Positions 9,005 through 17,916 of a stretch of DNA of 43,982 bases are shown here, piece after piece (position 1 is the stretch's first letter; the number at the start of each line of letters is the position of its first letter). A program made the position numbers and the translations under genes. This DNA comes from Gammaproteobacteria bacterium. GTDB lineage: Bacteria > Pseudomonadota > Gammaproteobacteria > QNFN01. Location: contig JAWVZO010000002.1 of assembly GCA_033722135.1 (NCBI GenBank), positions 1 to 43,982 on the forward strand. The letters run 5' to 3'. The notes below the pieces were generated by a model. It did no database searches. It saw only the letters and a list, made by a program, of their open reading frames with translations, and was not told the DNA's origin.

Positions 9005-9616
9005 CGGGCCATCATAGCAACTCGATCGACGGAATTGCCGTATCGCCTTCCCGGCTGATATATTCGGTTGGCTGAATTGATTCCCGATCGCGGCAAGGTG
9101 CCGTGACCGGGCCCGTTTCTCAGGCGGCCGCTCCAGACCGGGCGGCCATCGGACAGCATGGCCAGCGGGCCAGTCCACCGCCGTCACGAAGGCGGCACAG
9201 GCCCTCCGCCAGCGCGCCGCAGCGATGCCACAGGCTTGCTGCCCAGGGCGCACGCGGCTGGCCAAGCCCTGGGCCACATCGTCGCTCGGCCCCATTTACA
9301 AGAGCGACGACATTGCAGTTTGCAACCCCGGAACAGGCGCCAAGCGGCCGAACCGGGGCCTATGATCGACGCGGTCGCGTCCCGAGGACGCGGCCCAAGC
9401 GGGTCCGGCCGTGGCCTCCCGACGTCGAACCGGTCTGCGCAGGTCCCCGCCGCCTGGCGAACTCCCGTCCCGGTGCACACGGGCAGATGGAGATCCCGAC
9501 CGTGCCGTCAACATGCCGACACGTCTCGACGGCTCCCAACACGTGCGTGTTCGTCACGCGGTGTGTGCCCGGGATGCGACGCCCTTCGCCGCGGGTTGCC
9601 AGGCGAGATACCAACC
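9005..9616 (+). promoter_or_regulatory. rluC-rne divergent control region, including a probable long structured rne 5' leader
   Basis: 612 bp with no credible CDS. A sigma-70-like TTGCCG-N18-TATATT lies at 9035..9064. GC-rich hairpins include CCCCGG...CCGGGG and the palindrome AACACGTGCGTGTT at 9538..9551. In enterics, rne has a long autoregulatory leader. Confidence 0.4.
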
Positions 9617-12600
9617 ATGAAACGTATGCTGATCAACGCGACCCAGCAGGAGGAACTGCGGGTCGCCCTGGTCGACGGCCAGCGCCTTTTTGACCTCGAC
9701 ATCGAGACGCCGTCGCGCGAGAAGAAGAAGTCCAACATCTACAAGGGGAAGGTGACCCGGGTCGAGCCGAGCCTCGAGGCCGCGTTCATCGACTACGGCG
9801 CCGACCGCCACGGGTTCCTGCCGCTCAAGGAGATCGCGCGCAGCTGCTTCCGCGAGGGCGCGACCGAGAAGAACGGCAAGCAGAGCATCAAGGAGCTGCT
9901 CGCCGAGGGCCAGGAGCTCGTCGTCCAGGTCGAGAAGGAGGAGCGCGGCAACAAGGGCGCCGCCCTGACCACGTTCATCAGCCTCGCCGGCCGTTACCTC
10001 GTGCTGATGCCGAACAACCCGCGTGCCGGAGGGGTCTCGCGCCGCATCGAGGGCGACGATCGCACCGACCTGCGCGAGGCATTGAGTTCGCTCGAGATCC
10101 CCGAGTCGATGGGCCTGATCGTGCGCACCGCCGGCGTCGGCCGCAGCGCCGAGGAGTTGCAGTGGGACCTCGACTACCTGCTGCACCTGTGGAACGCGAT
10201 CGAGCTCGCGGCCGACGCCAAGAAGGCCCCGTTCCTGATCTTCCAGGACAGCAACCTGACCGTGCGCGCGCTGCGCGACTACATGCGCTCGGACATCGGC
10301 GAGGTCCTGATCGACGACCCTGCGGTCTACCGCCAGGCGCACGACTTCATGCAGCAGGTGATGCCGCACAACGTGCGCAAGGTGAAGTTCTACGAGGACG
10401 AGGTCCCGCTGTTCAGCCGCTACCAGATCGAGAACCAGATCGAGTCCGCGTTCAACCACGAGGTGATCCTACCCTCGGGCGGGACGATCACCATCGACCA
10501 CACCGAGGCGCTGACCGCGATCGACGTCAACTCGGCCCGTGCGACCAAGGGCAGCGACATCGAGGAGACCGCGCTCAACACCAACCTCGAGGCAGCCGAC
10601 GAGGTCGCACGCCAGATGCGCATCCGCGACCTCGGTGGCCTGATCGTGATCGATTTCATCGACATGACGCCGGCCCGCAACCAGCGCGAGGTCGAGAACC
10701 GCCTCAACGAGGCGCTAAAAATGGACCGGGCCAGGATCCAGACCGGGCGCATCTCGCGTTTCGGGCTGCTGGAGATGTCGCGCCAGCGCCTGCGCCCGTC
10801 GCTCGGCGAATCGAGCCAGGTGACCTGCCCGCGCTGCAACGGCCAGGGAACGATCCGCGACGTCGAGTCGCTCTCCCTGTCGATCCTGCGCGTCATCGAG
10901 GAGGAGTCGCTCAAGGAGAACACCGGCCGGGTGCAGGCCCAGCTGCCGGTCGACGTGGCCACCTTCCTGCTCAACGAGAAACGCGACCAGATCATCGCCA
11001 TCGAGGATCGCCAGGAGGTCTCGGTCGTGGTGATCCCGAATCCGAACCTCGAGACGCCCCACTTCCAGATCGAGCGCGTCCGTCGTGCGGACCTGCCGAA
11101 GGACCAGGCGCAGGCGAGCTACGAGATGATCGAGGAGGTCGAGTCCGCGACCACCGCCGACACCCAACCCAAGACCCCGTCGGTCCGCGCCGAGGAGCCG
11201 ATGGTCAAGCACCTCCCGCCCGAGAGGGCCGCACCGCCGAGAGCCGAACCGACACCCCCTCCCGCGCCGCGCCAGCCGGGCCTACTTGCGCGCGTCTGGT
11301 CCAGCCTCTTCGGCAGCGACGCGTCCGAGGAGTCGGACGAGGAGAAGAAGTCGCCGAAATCGCGTGACCGCGCTGCGCCGCGTGACGCGGGACGGCGCGA
11401 CGGCGGCCGGCAGGCCAGGTCGGGAAGCAGGGACGCGCGCTCCGGGGGAGGCCGGAACGGCGGCCGGGGACGGAGCCGTCGCCGCGGCGAAGGACGTCCC
11501 CAGGACGAACCGGCCCAGGGCCGCTCCCAGAAGGCAGGCGGCGAACAGAAGGCGGGCAGCGAGGCGGCGAAGCCCGAACAGGCACCCCCCAGGCAGGAGA
11601 CCGGCAAGGACAAGGCCGCGACCCAGGGTTCCGACGCGGCCCAGGGTTCCGAGGCGGGCCAGGGTTCCGACGCGGGCCAGGGTCGGAGCGGATCGAGCCG
11701 GCGTGGACGACGCGGCGGCCGGCGTCGCCGGCGTGGCGAGGGCGCAACGGGCAACACCGCACAGGGCGAACAGGGGACGGCACGCAACGAGAGCGGCCGC
11801 GATGCGGAGCAACAGGCGTCCGGCACGCCGCAGGAGGCGCGCCCTGACATTTCCCGGGAACCGGCCGGGCGAGGTCGTCGGGAGGAGAACCCGGCAGCCG
11901 CCAAGCCGCCCGCTGCCGCCAATACGTCGGAGAAGCCGCCGGCCGATGGCGCCGAACCGATCCCGGATCGCCCCGCGTCGTCCCGGGACCGCGGTCCCTC
12001 GGCCAGCCCCGCCGCTCCGCCTGCCGGAGAATCGGCGACGACGACGCCCGGACAGAGCTCCAGGACCGCTGGTGACGGGACGCCCGTGGCGCAGAAACCA
12101 ACCGAACCGACGAAGCGCCAGTCACCGCCCGCTGCCGGCGACGGAGCGGCGCCCGCTGCCACCCATCGGACCACTCCACCCGCGTCCGCTCCCGCCGCAT
12201 CCGGCGGCGCCGGGACCCCGTCCGCCGCGAAACCGACCTCCGCCGGGGCACCGGCCGGGGCCACTCCGGCAAGCGCACCCTCTCGACCGGCGGGATCCGA
12301 AGACGCGAAGGTGGATCGCGCCCCCGTGCAGACCGCCACGCCCCCCGCTCCGCGGCCCGGGGCAGACGGGTCGTCGCGCCCGGACCGGGAGACACCGGCC
12401 CTGCAGGGCGAGCTGCCGATGGGCACCACGGTCGCCCGCCCACCTGCGACGGAGAAGCCCCCCGCTCCCGGTTCCGCCGCGTCCGGTACGCCGAGCGGGT
12501 CCCCGCGACCCACGGAGCCGCCGCGTGAGCCGGTGACGGAACCGGCGCCGGCAGGGCAGGCGCCCCGCACGGAGACGCGCAAGGAGGATCGTACCGAGCC

Positions 12601-12652
12601 CCAGACGCGCCGCGTGGAGGCCACGACCGGCACCGACACGAGAGAGGACTGA
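9617..12652 (+). CDS. rne: Ribonuclease E (catalytic N-terminal half plus about 500-aa disordered scaffold C-terminal half)
   Basis: Begins [24 protein letters not shown]. Contains an S1 domain, the DNase-I-like region and the Zn-link CPRCNGQG. The C-terminal half is Arg/Pro/Ala/Gly-rich with [13 protein letters not shown]-type RNA-binding patches. Confidence 0.95.
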   Translation: MKRMLINATQQEELRVALVDGQRLFDLDIETPSREKKKSNIYKGKVTRVEPSLEAAFIDYGADRHGFLPLKEIARSCFREGATEKNGKQSIKELLAEGQELVVQVEKEERGNKGAALTTFISLAGRYLVLMPNNPRAGGVSRRIEGDDRTDLREALSSLEIPESMGLIVRTAGVGRSAEELQWDLDYLLHLWNAIELAADAKKAPFLIFQDSNLTVRALRDYMRSDIGEVLIDDPAVYRQAHDFMQQVMPHNVRKVKFYEDEVPLFSRYQIENQIESAFNHEVILPSGGTITIDHTEALTAIDVNSARATKGSDIEETALNTNLEAADEVARQMRIRDLGGLIVIDFIDMTPARNQREVENRLNEALKMDRARIQTGRISRFGLLEMSRQRLRPSLGESSQVTCPRCNGQGTIRDVESLSLSILRVIEEESLKENTGRVQAQLPVDVATFLLNEKRDQIIAIEDRQEVSVVVIPNPNLETPHFQIERVRRADLPKDQAQASYEMIEEVESATTADTQPKTPSVRAEEPMVKHLPPERAAPPRAEPTPPPAPRQPGLLARVWSSLFGSDASEESDEEKKSPKSRDRAAPRDAGRRDGGRQARSGSRDARSGGGRNGGRGRSRRRGEGRPQDEPAQGRSQKAGGEQKAGSEAAKPEQAPPRQETGKDKAATQGSDAAQGSEAGQGSDAGQGRSGSSRRGRRGGRRRRRGEGATGNTAQGEQGTARNESGRDAEQQASGTPQEARPDISREPAGRGRREENPAAAKPPAAANTSEKPPADGAEPIPDRPASSRDRGPSASPAAPPAGESATTTPGQSSRTAGDGTPVAQKPTEPTKRQSPPAAGDGAAPAATHRTTPPASAPAASGGAGTPSAAKPTSAGAPAGATPASAPSRPAGSEDAKVDRAPVQTATPPAPRPGADGSSRPDRETPALQGELPMGTTVARPPATEKPPAPGSAASGTPSGSPRPTEPPREPVTEPAPAGQAPRTETRKEDRTEPQTRRVEATTGTDTRED
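11624..11686 (+). repeat. About 3.5 tandem copies of an 18-bp unit (CAGGGTTCCGACGCGGCC) inside the rne C-terminal half
   Basis: Direct reading gives units at 11624-11641, 11642-11659 and 11660-11677 plus a partial unit. They are in frame and encode [18 protein letters not shown]. Confidence 0.9.
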
Positions 12653-12658
12653 CCGGCG

Positions 12659-13138
12659 CTAGTCGCCCGGCCGGCCCTCGGAGAGCTGCGCCAGTAGCCC
12701 GCGGCCGGCCGCCGTGACCAGGTCGAGGACCTCCTCGAAGCCGCGGCCCCCGCCGTAGTAGGGATCCGGGACGTCCCGGCGGCCGCAATCGGGCGCATAG
12801 TCGAGCAGCCGGGCGAGCTTGTGACGGTGCTCCCCGGGGCAGCGCGCCTCGAGCATCGCAAGGTTCTCGCCGTCCATCGCGAGGATGCGGTCGAACGCGG
12901 CAAAATCGCCGACCTCGACCTGGCGTGCCCGCTGGTCCGACAGGTCGATACCGCGACGCATCGCTGCCTGCTGGGCGCGCGAATCGGGCGGTTCACCGAC
13001 GTGGTAGGCGTGCGTGCCTGCGGAATCGACGTGGTACTCGTCACCGATCCCCTGCTCGTCGAGCAGCTTGCGGAAGACCCCCTCGGCGGTCGGGGAGCGG
13101 CAGATATTGCCCATGCAGACGAAAAGGATACGTGTCAT
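12659..13138 (-). CDS. Low-molecular-weight protein-tyrosine phosphatase
   Basis: The active-site loop ILFVCMGNICRSPTAEG (C-X5-R-S) is at the N-terminus and the conserved DPYYG lies near the C-terminus. Confidence 0.9.
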   Translation of the reverse strand: MTRILFVCMGNICRSPTAEGVFRKLLDEQGIGDEYHVDSAGTHAYHVGEPPDSRAQQAAMRRGIDLSDQRARQVEVGDFAAFDRILAMDGENLAMLEARCPGEHRHKLARLLDYAPDCGRRDVPDPYYGGGRGFEEVLDLVTAAGRGLLAQLSEGRPGD

Positions 13139-13277
13139 CGCCGCGTCCTGAAGAACCTCGTTCTAGAATGGAATCGTGTATAGCATGAACGCGGCGGATC
13201 CTGGTTCATTGCGCCCCCCGGGGGATCGTGCTATAGATTCGCGCCTTCATTTTCGGGCCAGCCCAACGGAGTGAGAG

Positions 13278-13742
13278 ATGCCTGCGACGAAAAAGCGGAA
13301 ACCGAAGGCCACCGCCGACACGGGGACCACCTGGTTCGAAGGCTTCAAGCCCTACAAGGAGAAGCGGGGCGAGAAGTACATGAACGAGAAGCAACAGGCC
13401 CATTTCCTGGAGATCCTGGCTGCCTGGAAGCGCGAACTGATGGAAGAGGTGGACCGGACCGTCCACCACATGCGTGACGACGCGGCGAACTTCCCGGACC
13501 CCAACGACCGCGCCACCCAGGAGTCGGAGTTCAGCATGGAACTGCGCACCCGCGACCGTGAGCGCAAGCTGATCCGCAAGATCGACGAGGCCGCCCGCCG
13601 CATCGAGACCCACGACTACGGCTACTGCGACTCGTGCGGCGTGGAGATCGGCATCCGCAGGCTCGAGGCCCGGCCGACCGCGACCCTCTGCATCGAGTGC
13701 AAGGAGCTCGACGAGATCCGCGAACGCCAGATGCGCTCCTGA
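13278..13742 (+). CDS. dksA: RNA polymerase-binding transcription factor DksA
   Basis: A coiled-coil region with acidic tip is followed by the C4 zinc finger CDSCGVEIGIRRLEARPTATLCIECK. GGAG-type RBS upstream; followed by gluQ as in E. coli and Pseudomonas. Confidence 0.95.
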   Translation: MPATKKRKPKATADTGTTWFEGFKPYKEKRGEKYMNEKQQAHFLEILAAWKRELMEEVDRTVHHMRDDAANFPDPNDRATQESEFSMELRTRDRERKLIRKIDEAARRIETHDYGYCDSCGVEIGIRRLEARPTATLCIECKELDEIRERQMRS

Positions 13743-13770
13743 AGTACGGGCCCGTCGACCGGCACACACC

Positions 13771-14715
13771 GTGCCCGAGACCGGATCTCCGCCCGGCACC
13801 GACGACACGCCCGCGCCCTGCGGGCGATTCGCCCCCTCCCCCACCGGGCCCCTCCATTTCGGTTCGCTGGTCTCGGCCGTAGCCAGCCTCCTCCAGGCCC
13901 GGCGCCGGGGCGGACGCTGGCTGGTGCGGATCGAGGACCTCGATCCGCCACGCGAGGTTCCCGGGGCCGCCGACGCGATCCTCGCCGCGCTCGACCACCA
14001 TGGCCTGGCATGGGACGGGCCGGTGCTCTACCAGTCGACCCGCGAAGACGCCTACCTGGATGCGCTCGAGCGACTCGCCGCCGCCGGTCTCACCTACCGC
14101 TGCACCTGCAGCCGCAAGGTGATCGCCCGCGTCGCCGCGGCCGGCATCGCCGGCCCGATCTATCCCGGCACCTGCCGTCGCAAGCCACCTCCCGCGGGGC
14201 GACGGAGCGCCATCAGGCTGCGCGTTCCCGCGGGGATCGTCGCGGTCAGCGACGGGCACTTCGGACGCCTGGAACTCGACGTTGCCGGCGAGATCGGCGA
14301 TTTCGTCCTGCGCCGCGCCGACGGCCTGTTCGCCTACCAGCTCGCCGTGGTCATCGATGACGCGGACCAGGCCGTCAGCGAGGTGGTCCGCGGCTCCGAC
14401 CTGCTCGACCTGACCCCGGCCCAGATCTGCCTGCAGCGCCTTCTAGGGTTCGCCGTGCCCGCCTACCTGCACCACCCCGTCGTCACCGGTCCGGACGGAA
14501 ACAAGCTCAGCAAGCAGACCGGTGCACGCGGCCTCGACGACGGCGACCCGCGCCCGAACCTCGTTGCCGCGCTCGCCTTCCTCGGCCAGGATCCGCCGGA
14601 AGCGCTGCGCGCCGCTTCGCTCGACGAACTGTGGCGATGGGCGATCGCCCGCTGGGATCCCCGCCGCATGCCGGGACGGCGCGATGCCCCCGCGCCGCCG
14701 CGTTACGAAATGTAA
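13771..14715 (+). CDS. gluQ: tRNA glutamyl-Q(34) synthetase (GluQRS, truncated GluRS paralog)
   Basis: Class-I aaRS motifs GRFAPSPTGPLHFGSL (HIGH-like) and KLSKQ (KMSKS-like). About 314 aa with no anticodon-binding domain. Conserved position after dksA. Confidence 0.9.
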   Translation: MPETGSPPGTDDTPAPCGRFAPSPTGPLHFGSLVSAVASLLQARRRGGRWLVRIEDLDPPREVPGAADAILAALDHHGLAWDGPVLYQSTREDAYLDALERLAAAGLTYRCTCSRKVIARVAAAGIAGPIYPGTCRRKPPPAGRRSAIRLRVPAGIVAVSDGHFGRLELDVAGEIGDFVLRRADGLFAYQLAVVIDDADQAVSEVVRGSDLLDLTPAQICLQRLLGFAVPAYLHHPVVTGPDGNKLSKQTGARGLDDGDPRPNLVAALAFLGQDPPEALRAASLDELWRWAIARWDPRRMPGRRDAPAPPRYEM

Positions 14716-14738
14716 CGCCTTCTGGTAGGCTTGCGCCC

Positions 14739-14939
14739 ATGCGCGTGCCCACGGACAAAAGCAGGCAATCGGACCTGGTCATCCTGCTGTTCCTGTTCGC
14801 GCTGTTCCTGATGCTGCCGCCCTTCGTCACCTGGTGGGCCACGGCGCGGCTCGCCTGGTATACCCCCTACCTGATCTGGGGCCTGGTGATCCTGCTCGCC
14901 GCCTGGCTGCAGATGCGCGGGGCGAAACATGACCTTTGA
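14739..14939 (+). CDS. Small two-helix membrane protein (66 aa), CbrX-like upstream ORF overlapping the kinase start
   Basis: ATG 14739; hydrophobic LVILLFLFALFLMLPPFV and YLIWGLVILLAAWL. The TGA stop at 14937-14939 lies 11 nt inside the kinase ORF (ATG 14929), consistent with translational coupling. Confidence 0.55.
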   Translation: MRVPTDKSRQSDLVILLFLFALFLMLPPFVTWWATARLAWYTPYLIWGLVILLAAWLQMRGAKHDL

Positions 14940-17916
14940 CCTCCCCGGCCTGTTCCTCGTCGGGGTCGGCTACCTGCTCCTGCTGTTCCTGATCGCCTAT
15001 GCCGCCGAGCGCGGCTGGATCCCGCCCAAGGTCACCCGCCACCCGCTGGTCTACGTTCTCTCGCTGGGCGTCTACGCCACCTCATGGAGCTTCTACGGCA
15101 GCGTCGGCTTCGCCAAGGACCAAGGCTACAACTTCCTGACCGTCTATCTCGGCGTCACCCTCGCCTTCCTGCTCACCCCGGTGCTGCTGGTACCGATCCT
15201 GCGCCTGAACCGGCGCTACCAGCTCACCTCGCTGGCCGACCTGTTCGCCTTCCGCTACCGCAGCCAGCTCGCCGGGGTGATGGTCACGCTGTTCATGCTC
15301 GCCGGCACGCTGCCCTACATCGCCCTGCAGATCCAGGCGGTCACGGAGTCGATCCGCGTCCTGACCCAGCAGGGTGCGCCGTCGACGCTCGCCCTCGGTT
15401 TCTGCATCTGCCTGACCCTGTTCGCGATCCTGTTCGGCGCCCGCCACATCTCGCCGCGCGAGAAGCACGAGGGGCTGGTCCTGGCGATCGCCTTCGAATC
15501 GCTGATCAAGCTGATCGCCCTGATGTCGGTGGGCGCCTTCGCGCTCTTCGGGGTGCTCGGTGGACCGGACGGCGTCGACCGCTGGCTCGCCGCCCACCCC
15601 GAGGCGCTCGACGCTCTCTACCGGCCGGTCACGGAGGGGCCCTGGGCGACCTACCTGCTGCTCGCCTTCTCCGCCGCCTTCCTGCTGCCGCGCCAGTTCC
15701 ACATGAGCTTCACCGAGAACCTGGTTCCGCGGGCCCTGCCGGTGGCGGCGTGGGGCTTCCCGCTATTCCTGCTGCTGCTGAACCTGCCGATCCCGCTGGT
15801 GCTGTGGGCCGGCCAGGCCAGTGGCACGGCGGTCGCGGCCGACTACTACGTGCTCGGCATCACCCTCGAAGGCAGCGGCGCCCTGCTGCCGCTGCTCGCC
15901 TACGTGGGCGGCATTTCATCGGCGAGCGCGATGATGATCGTGACCACACTCGCGCTGTCGTCGATGTGCCTGAACCACCTGCTGCTGCCGCTTACCTACC
16001 CCGACCCGAAGCTGGACGTCTACCGCTGGCTGCTCTGGGGCCGCCGGCTGCTGATCGGCATGATCATCTTCGCCGGGTTCATCTTCTACCTCGTCCTCGA
16101 GCACAACCGCGGCCTGGTCGAACTGGGCCTGATCTCCTTCGTCGCGGTGGCCCAGTTCCTGCCCGGGGTCTTCGGCCTGCTCTACTGGCCGCGGGCGACC
16201 CGCCTCGGGTTCCTGGCCGGGCTCGGCGCGGGCGCGGTGATCTGGGCCGGGACCCTGCTGGTGCCGCTGCTGCAGCGCGCCGGCGCGTTCGCGGTCGGAC
16301 CGGAGGTGCTGCAGTTCGTCGACCCGCCCGGCCAGGACAAGTGGCAGTACGCGACCTTCTGGTCGCTCGCGGTCAACGGCCTCCTGTTCGTGGTGTTCTC
16401 GCTGCTGTCGCGGCCCGACGACGAGGAACGGGAGGCGGCCTACGCCTGCGTCCTCGAGAGCATGGCCCCGCCGCGCGGCGTGGTGACCGCGGCGAGCACG
16501 GGGCAGTTCCGCCAGCAGCTGGCCCAGGTCATGGGGCCCAAGGCGGCCGAACACGAGGTGCGCCAGGCGCTAGACGACCTGAACATGTCCAGCGACGAGT
16601 CGCGGCCCAACCAGCTCCGCCGGTTGCGCGAGCGTATCGAGCGCAACCTGTCGGGCCTGATGGGTCCGCAGATGGCACGCATGATCGTCGACACCCGGCT
16701 GCGCCTGAACCCGCGCGAGCAGACCGCGCTCGGTGACAGCATGCGCTTCATCGAGGAGCGCCTGGAGCGCTCGCGCAACCAGCTCCGCGGCCTCGCCGTC
16801 GAGCTCGACGCGCTGCGCCGCTACCACCGCCAGGTGCTGCAGGACCTGCCGATCGGCGTCTGCTCGGTGGGCCCCGCGAACGAGGTGGTGATCTGGAACC
16901 TGGCCATGGAACTGACCTCGGGCATCACCCGGACCAGCGCCGTCGGCACGCCGCTGGCCGAACTGCCCGAACCTTGGGCCACGCTGCTGGTCGAGTTCAG
17001 CGCCACCGAGGACCTGCACGTGCACAAGCGCCAGCTGGTCATCGACGGACGCCTGCGCAGTTTTAACCTGCACCGCGCAGCGCTGGCCGCCTCCATCGAC
17101 GAGCGGAGCATCGGCAGCGACCTCGGCACCGGCGGCATGGTCATCCTGCTCGAGGACCTGACCGACATCAGCACCCTGGAGGCCGAGCTGGCGCACAGCG
17201 AGCGGCTCGCCTCGATCGGTCGCCTCGCCGCGGGGGTCGCCCACGAGATCGGCAACCCGGTCACCGGCATCGCCTGTCTGGCCCAGAACCTCCGCGAGGA
17301 GAGCGATCCCGAGCTGCTCCGCGAGAGCGTCAACGCGATCCTCGAGCAGACCCGGCGCATCACCGAGATCGTCCAGTCGCTCGTGAGCTTCAGCCACAGC
17401 GGCCAGCTCGCGCGCGGGAAACGGCTCCCGATGCCGCTGCGCGAGAGCGTCGAGGAGGCGATCCGCCTGGTCAGGCTGAGCCACAGCGGCCGCCAGGTGG
17501 AGTGTGTCAACAGTTGTGCCCCGGAGATCGAGTTGCTCGGCGACCGGCAGCGGCTTGTGCAGGTCTTCGTCAACCTGCTGACCAACGCGTGCCACGCGTC
17601 CAGACCCGGCGACACCGTCGAGGTACGCGCCGAGGAACGCGGCAAACGGGTCATCATCGAGATCCGCGACCAGGGCTGCGGCATGCCCCGTGATGTGCGC
17701 GAACGGATCTTCGAGCCCTTCTTCACCACCCGCGAACCGGGTGAGGGCACCGGTCTCGGTCTCGCCCTGGTCTACAGCATCGTGCAGGACCACGAAGGCA
17801 CGATCTCGGTCGACAGTGTCGAGGAGCGGGGCACCCGCATGCTGATCGACCTCCCCGGCCTGGGCGACGCCACGCCCCCGGAGGCCGCCACCGACAGCGA
17901 GGAGACAGGCACTTGA
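14929..17916 (+). CDS. cbrA: Sensor histidine kinase with N-terminal sodium:solute-symporter (SLC5/SSS) domain, PAS, HisKA and HATPase domains (CbrA-like)
   Basis: About 500 aa of multi-TM SSS-like sequence, then a PAS-like region, the H-box AAGVAHEIGNPVTGI and ATPase motifs DQGCGM / GTGLGLALV. The dksA-gluQ-kinase-NtrC-type regulator order equals the Pseudomonas cbrAB locus. Confidence 0.8.
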   Translation: MTFDLPGLFLVGVGYLLLLFLIAYAAERGWIPPKVTRHPLVYVLSLGVYATSWSFYGSVGFAKDQGYNFLTVYLGVTLAFLLTPVLLVPILRLNRRYQLTSLADLFAFRYRSQLAGVMVTLFMLAGTLPYIALQIQAVTESIRVLTQQGAPSTLALGFCICLTLFAILFGARHISPREKHEGLVLAIAFESLIKLIALMSVGAFALFGVLGGPDGVDRWLAAHPEALDALYRPVTEGPWATYLLLAFSAAFLLPRQFHMSFTENLVPRALPVAAWGFPLFLLLLNLPIPLVLWAGQASGTAVAADYYVLGITLEGSGALLPLLAYVGGISSASAMMIVTTLALSSMCLNHLLLPLTYPDPKLDVYRWLLWGRRLLIGMIIFAGFIFYLVLEHNRGLVELGLISFVAVAQFLPGVFGLLYWPRATRLGFLAGLGAGAVIWAGTLLVPLLQRAGAFAVGPEVLQFVDPPGQDKWQYATFWSLAVNGLLFVVFSLLSRPDDEEREAAYACVLESMAPPRGVVTAASTGQFRQQLAQVMGPKAAEHEVRQALDDLNMSSDESRPNQLRRLRERIERNLSGLMGPQMARMIVDTRLRLNPREQTALGDSMRFIEERLERSRNQLRGLAVELDALRRYHRQVLQDLPIGVCSVGPANEVVIWNLAMELTSGITRTSAVGTPLAELPEPWATLLVEFSATEDLHVHKRQLVIDGRLRSFNLHRAALAASIDERSIGSDLGTGGMVILLEDLTDISTLEAELAHSERLASIGRLAAGVAHEIGNPVTGIACLAQNLREESDPELLRESVNAILEQTRRITEIVQSLVSFSHSGQLARGKRLPMPLRESVEEAIRLVRLSHSGRQVECVNSCAPEIELLGDRQRLVQVFVNLLTNACHASRPGDTVEVRAEERGKRVIIEIRDQGCGMPRDVRERIFEPFFTTREPGEGTGLGLALVYSIVQDHEGTISVDSVEERGTRMLIDLPGLGDATPPEAATDSEETGT

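Noticed and set aside
9005-9295. Extended start of rluC, giving a 417-aa ORF.
   Set aside because: The extension adds about 97 residues of low-complexity sequence ahead of the S4 domain. The internal ATG at 9004 gives the normal RluC length of about 320 aa.
9158-9616. 153-codon N-terminal extension of the rne ORF in the track (start at 9158).
   Set aside because: RNase E orthologues begin at MKRMLIN..., which is the ATG at 9617. The extension is Arg/Pro-rich and has no conservation signature, so the region is better explained as a 5' leader.
11119-13044. 641-aa minus-strand ORF, together with the 416-aa and 527-aa ORFs overlapping the rne C-terminal half.
   Set aside because: They arise from the repetitive GC-rich sequence that encodes the disordered RNase E scaffold. 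The 641-aa ORF also runs out of frame through the LMW-PTP gene. No start or RBS context and no recognisable domains.
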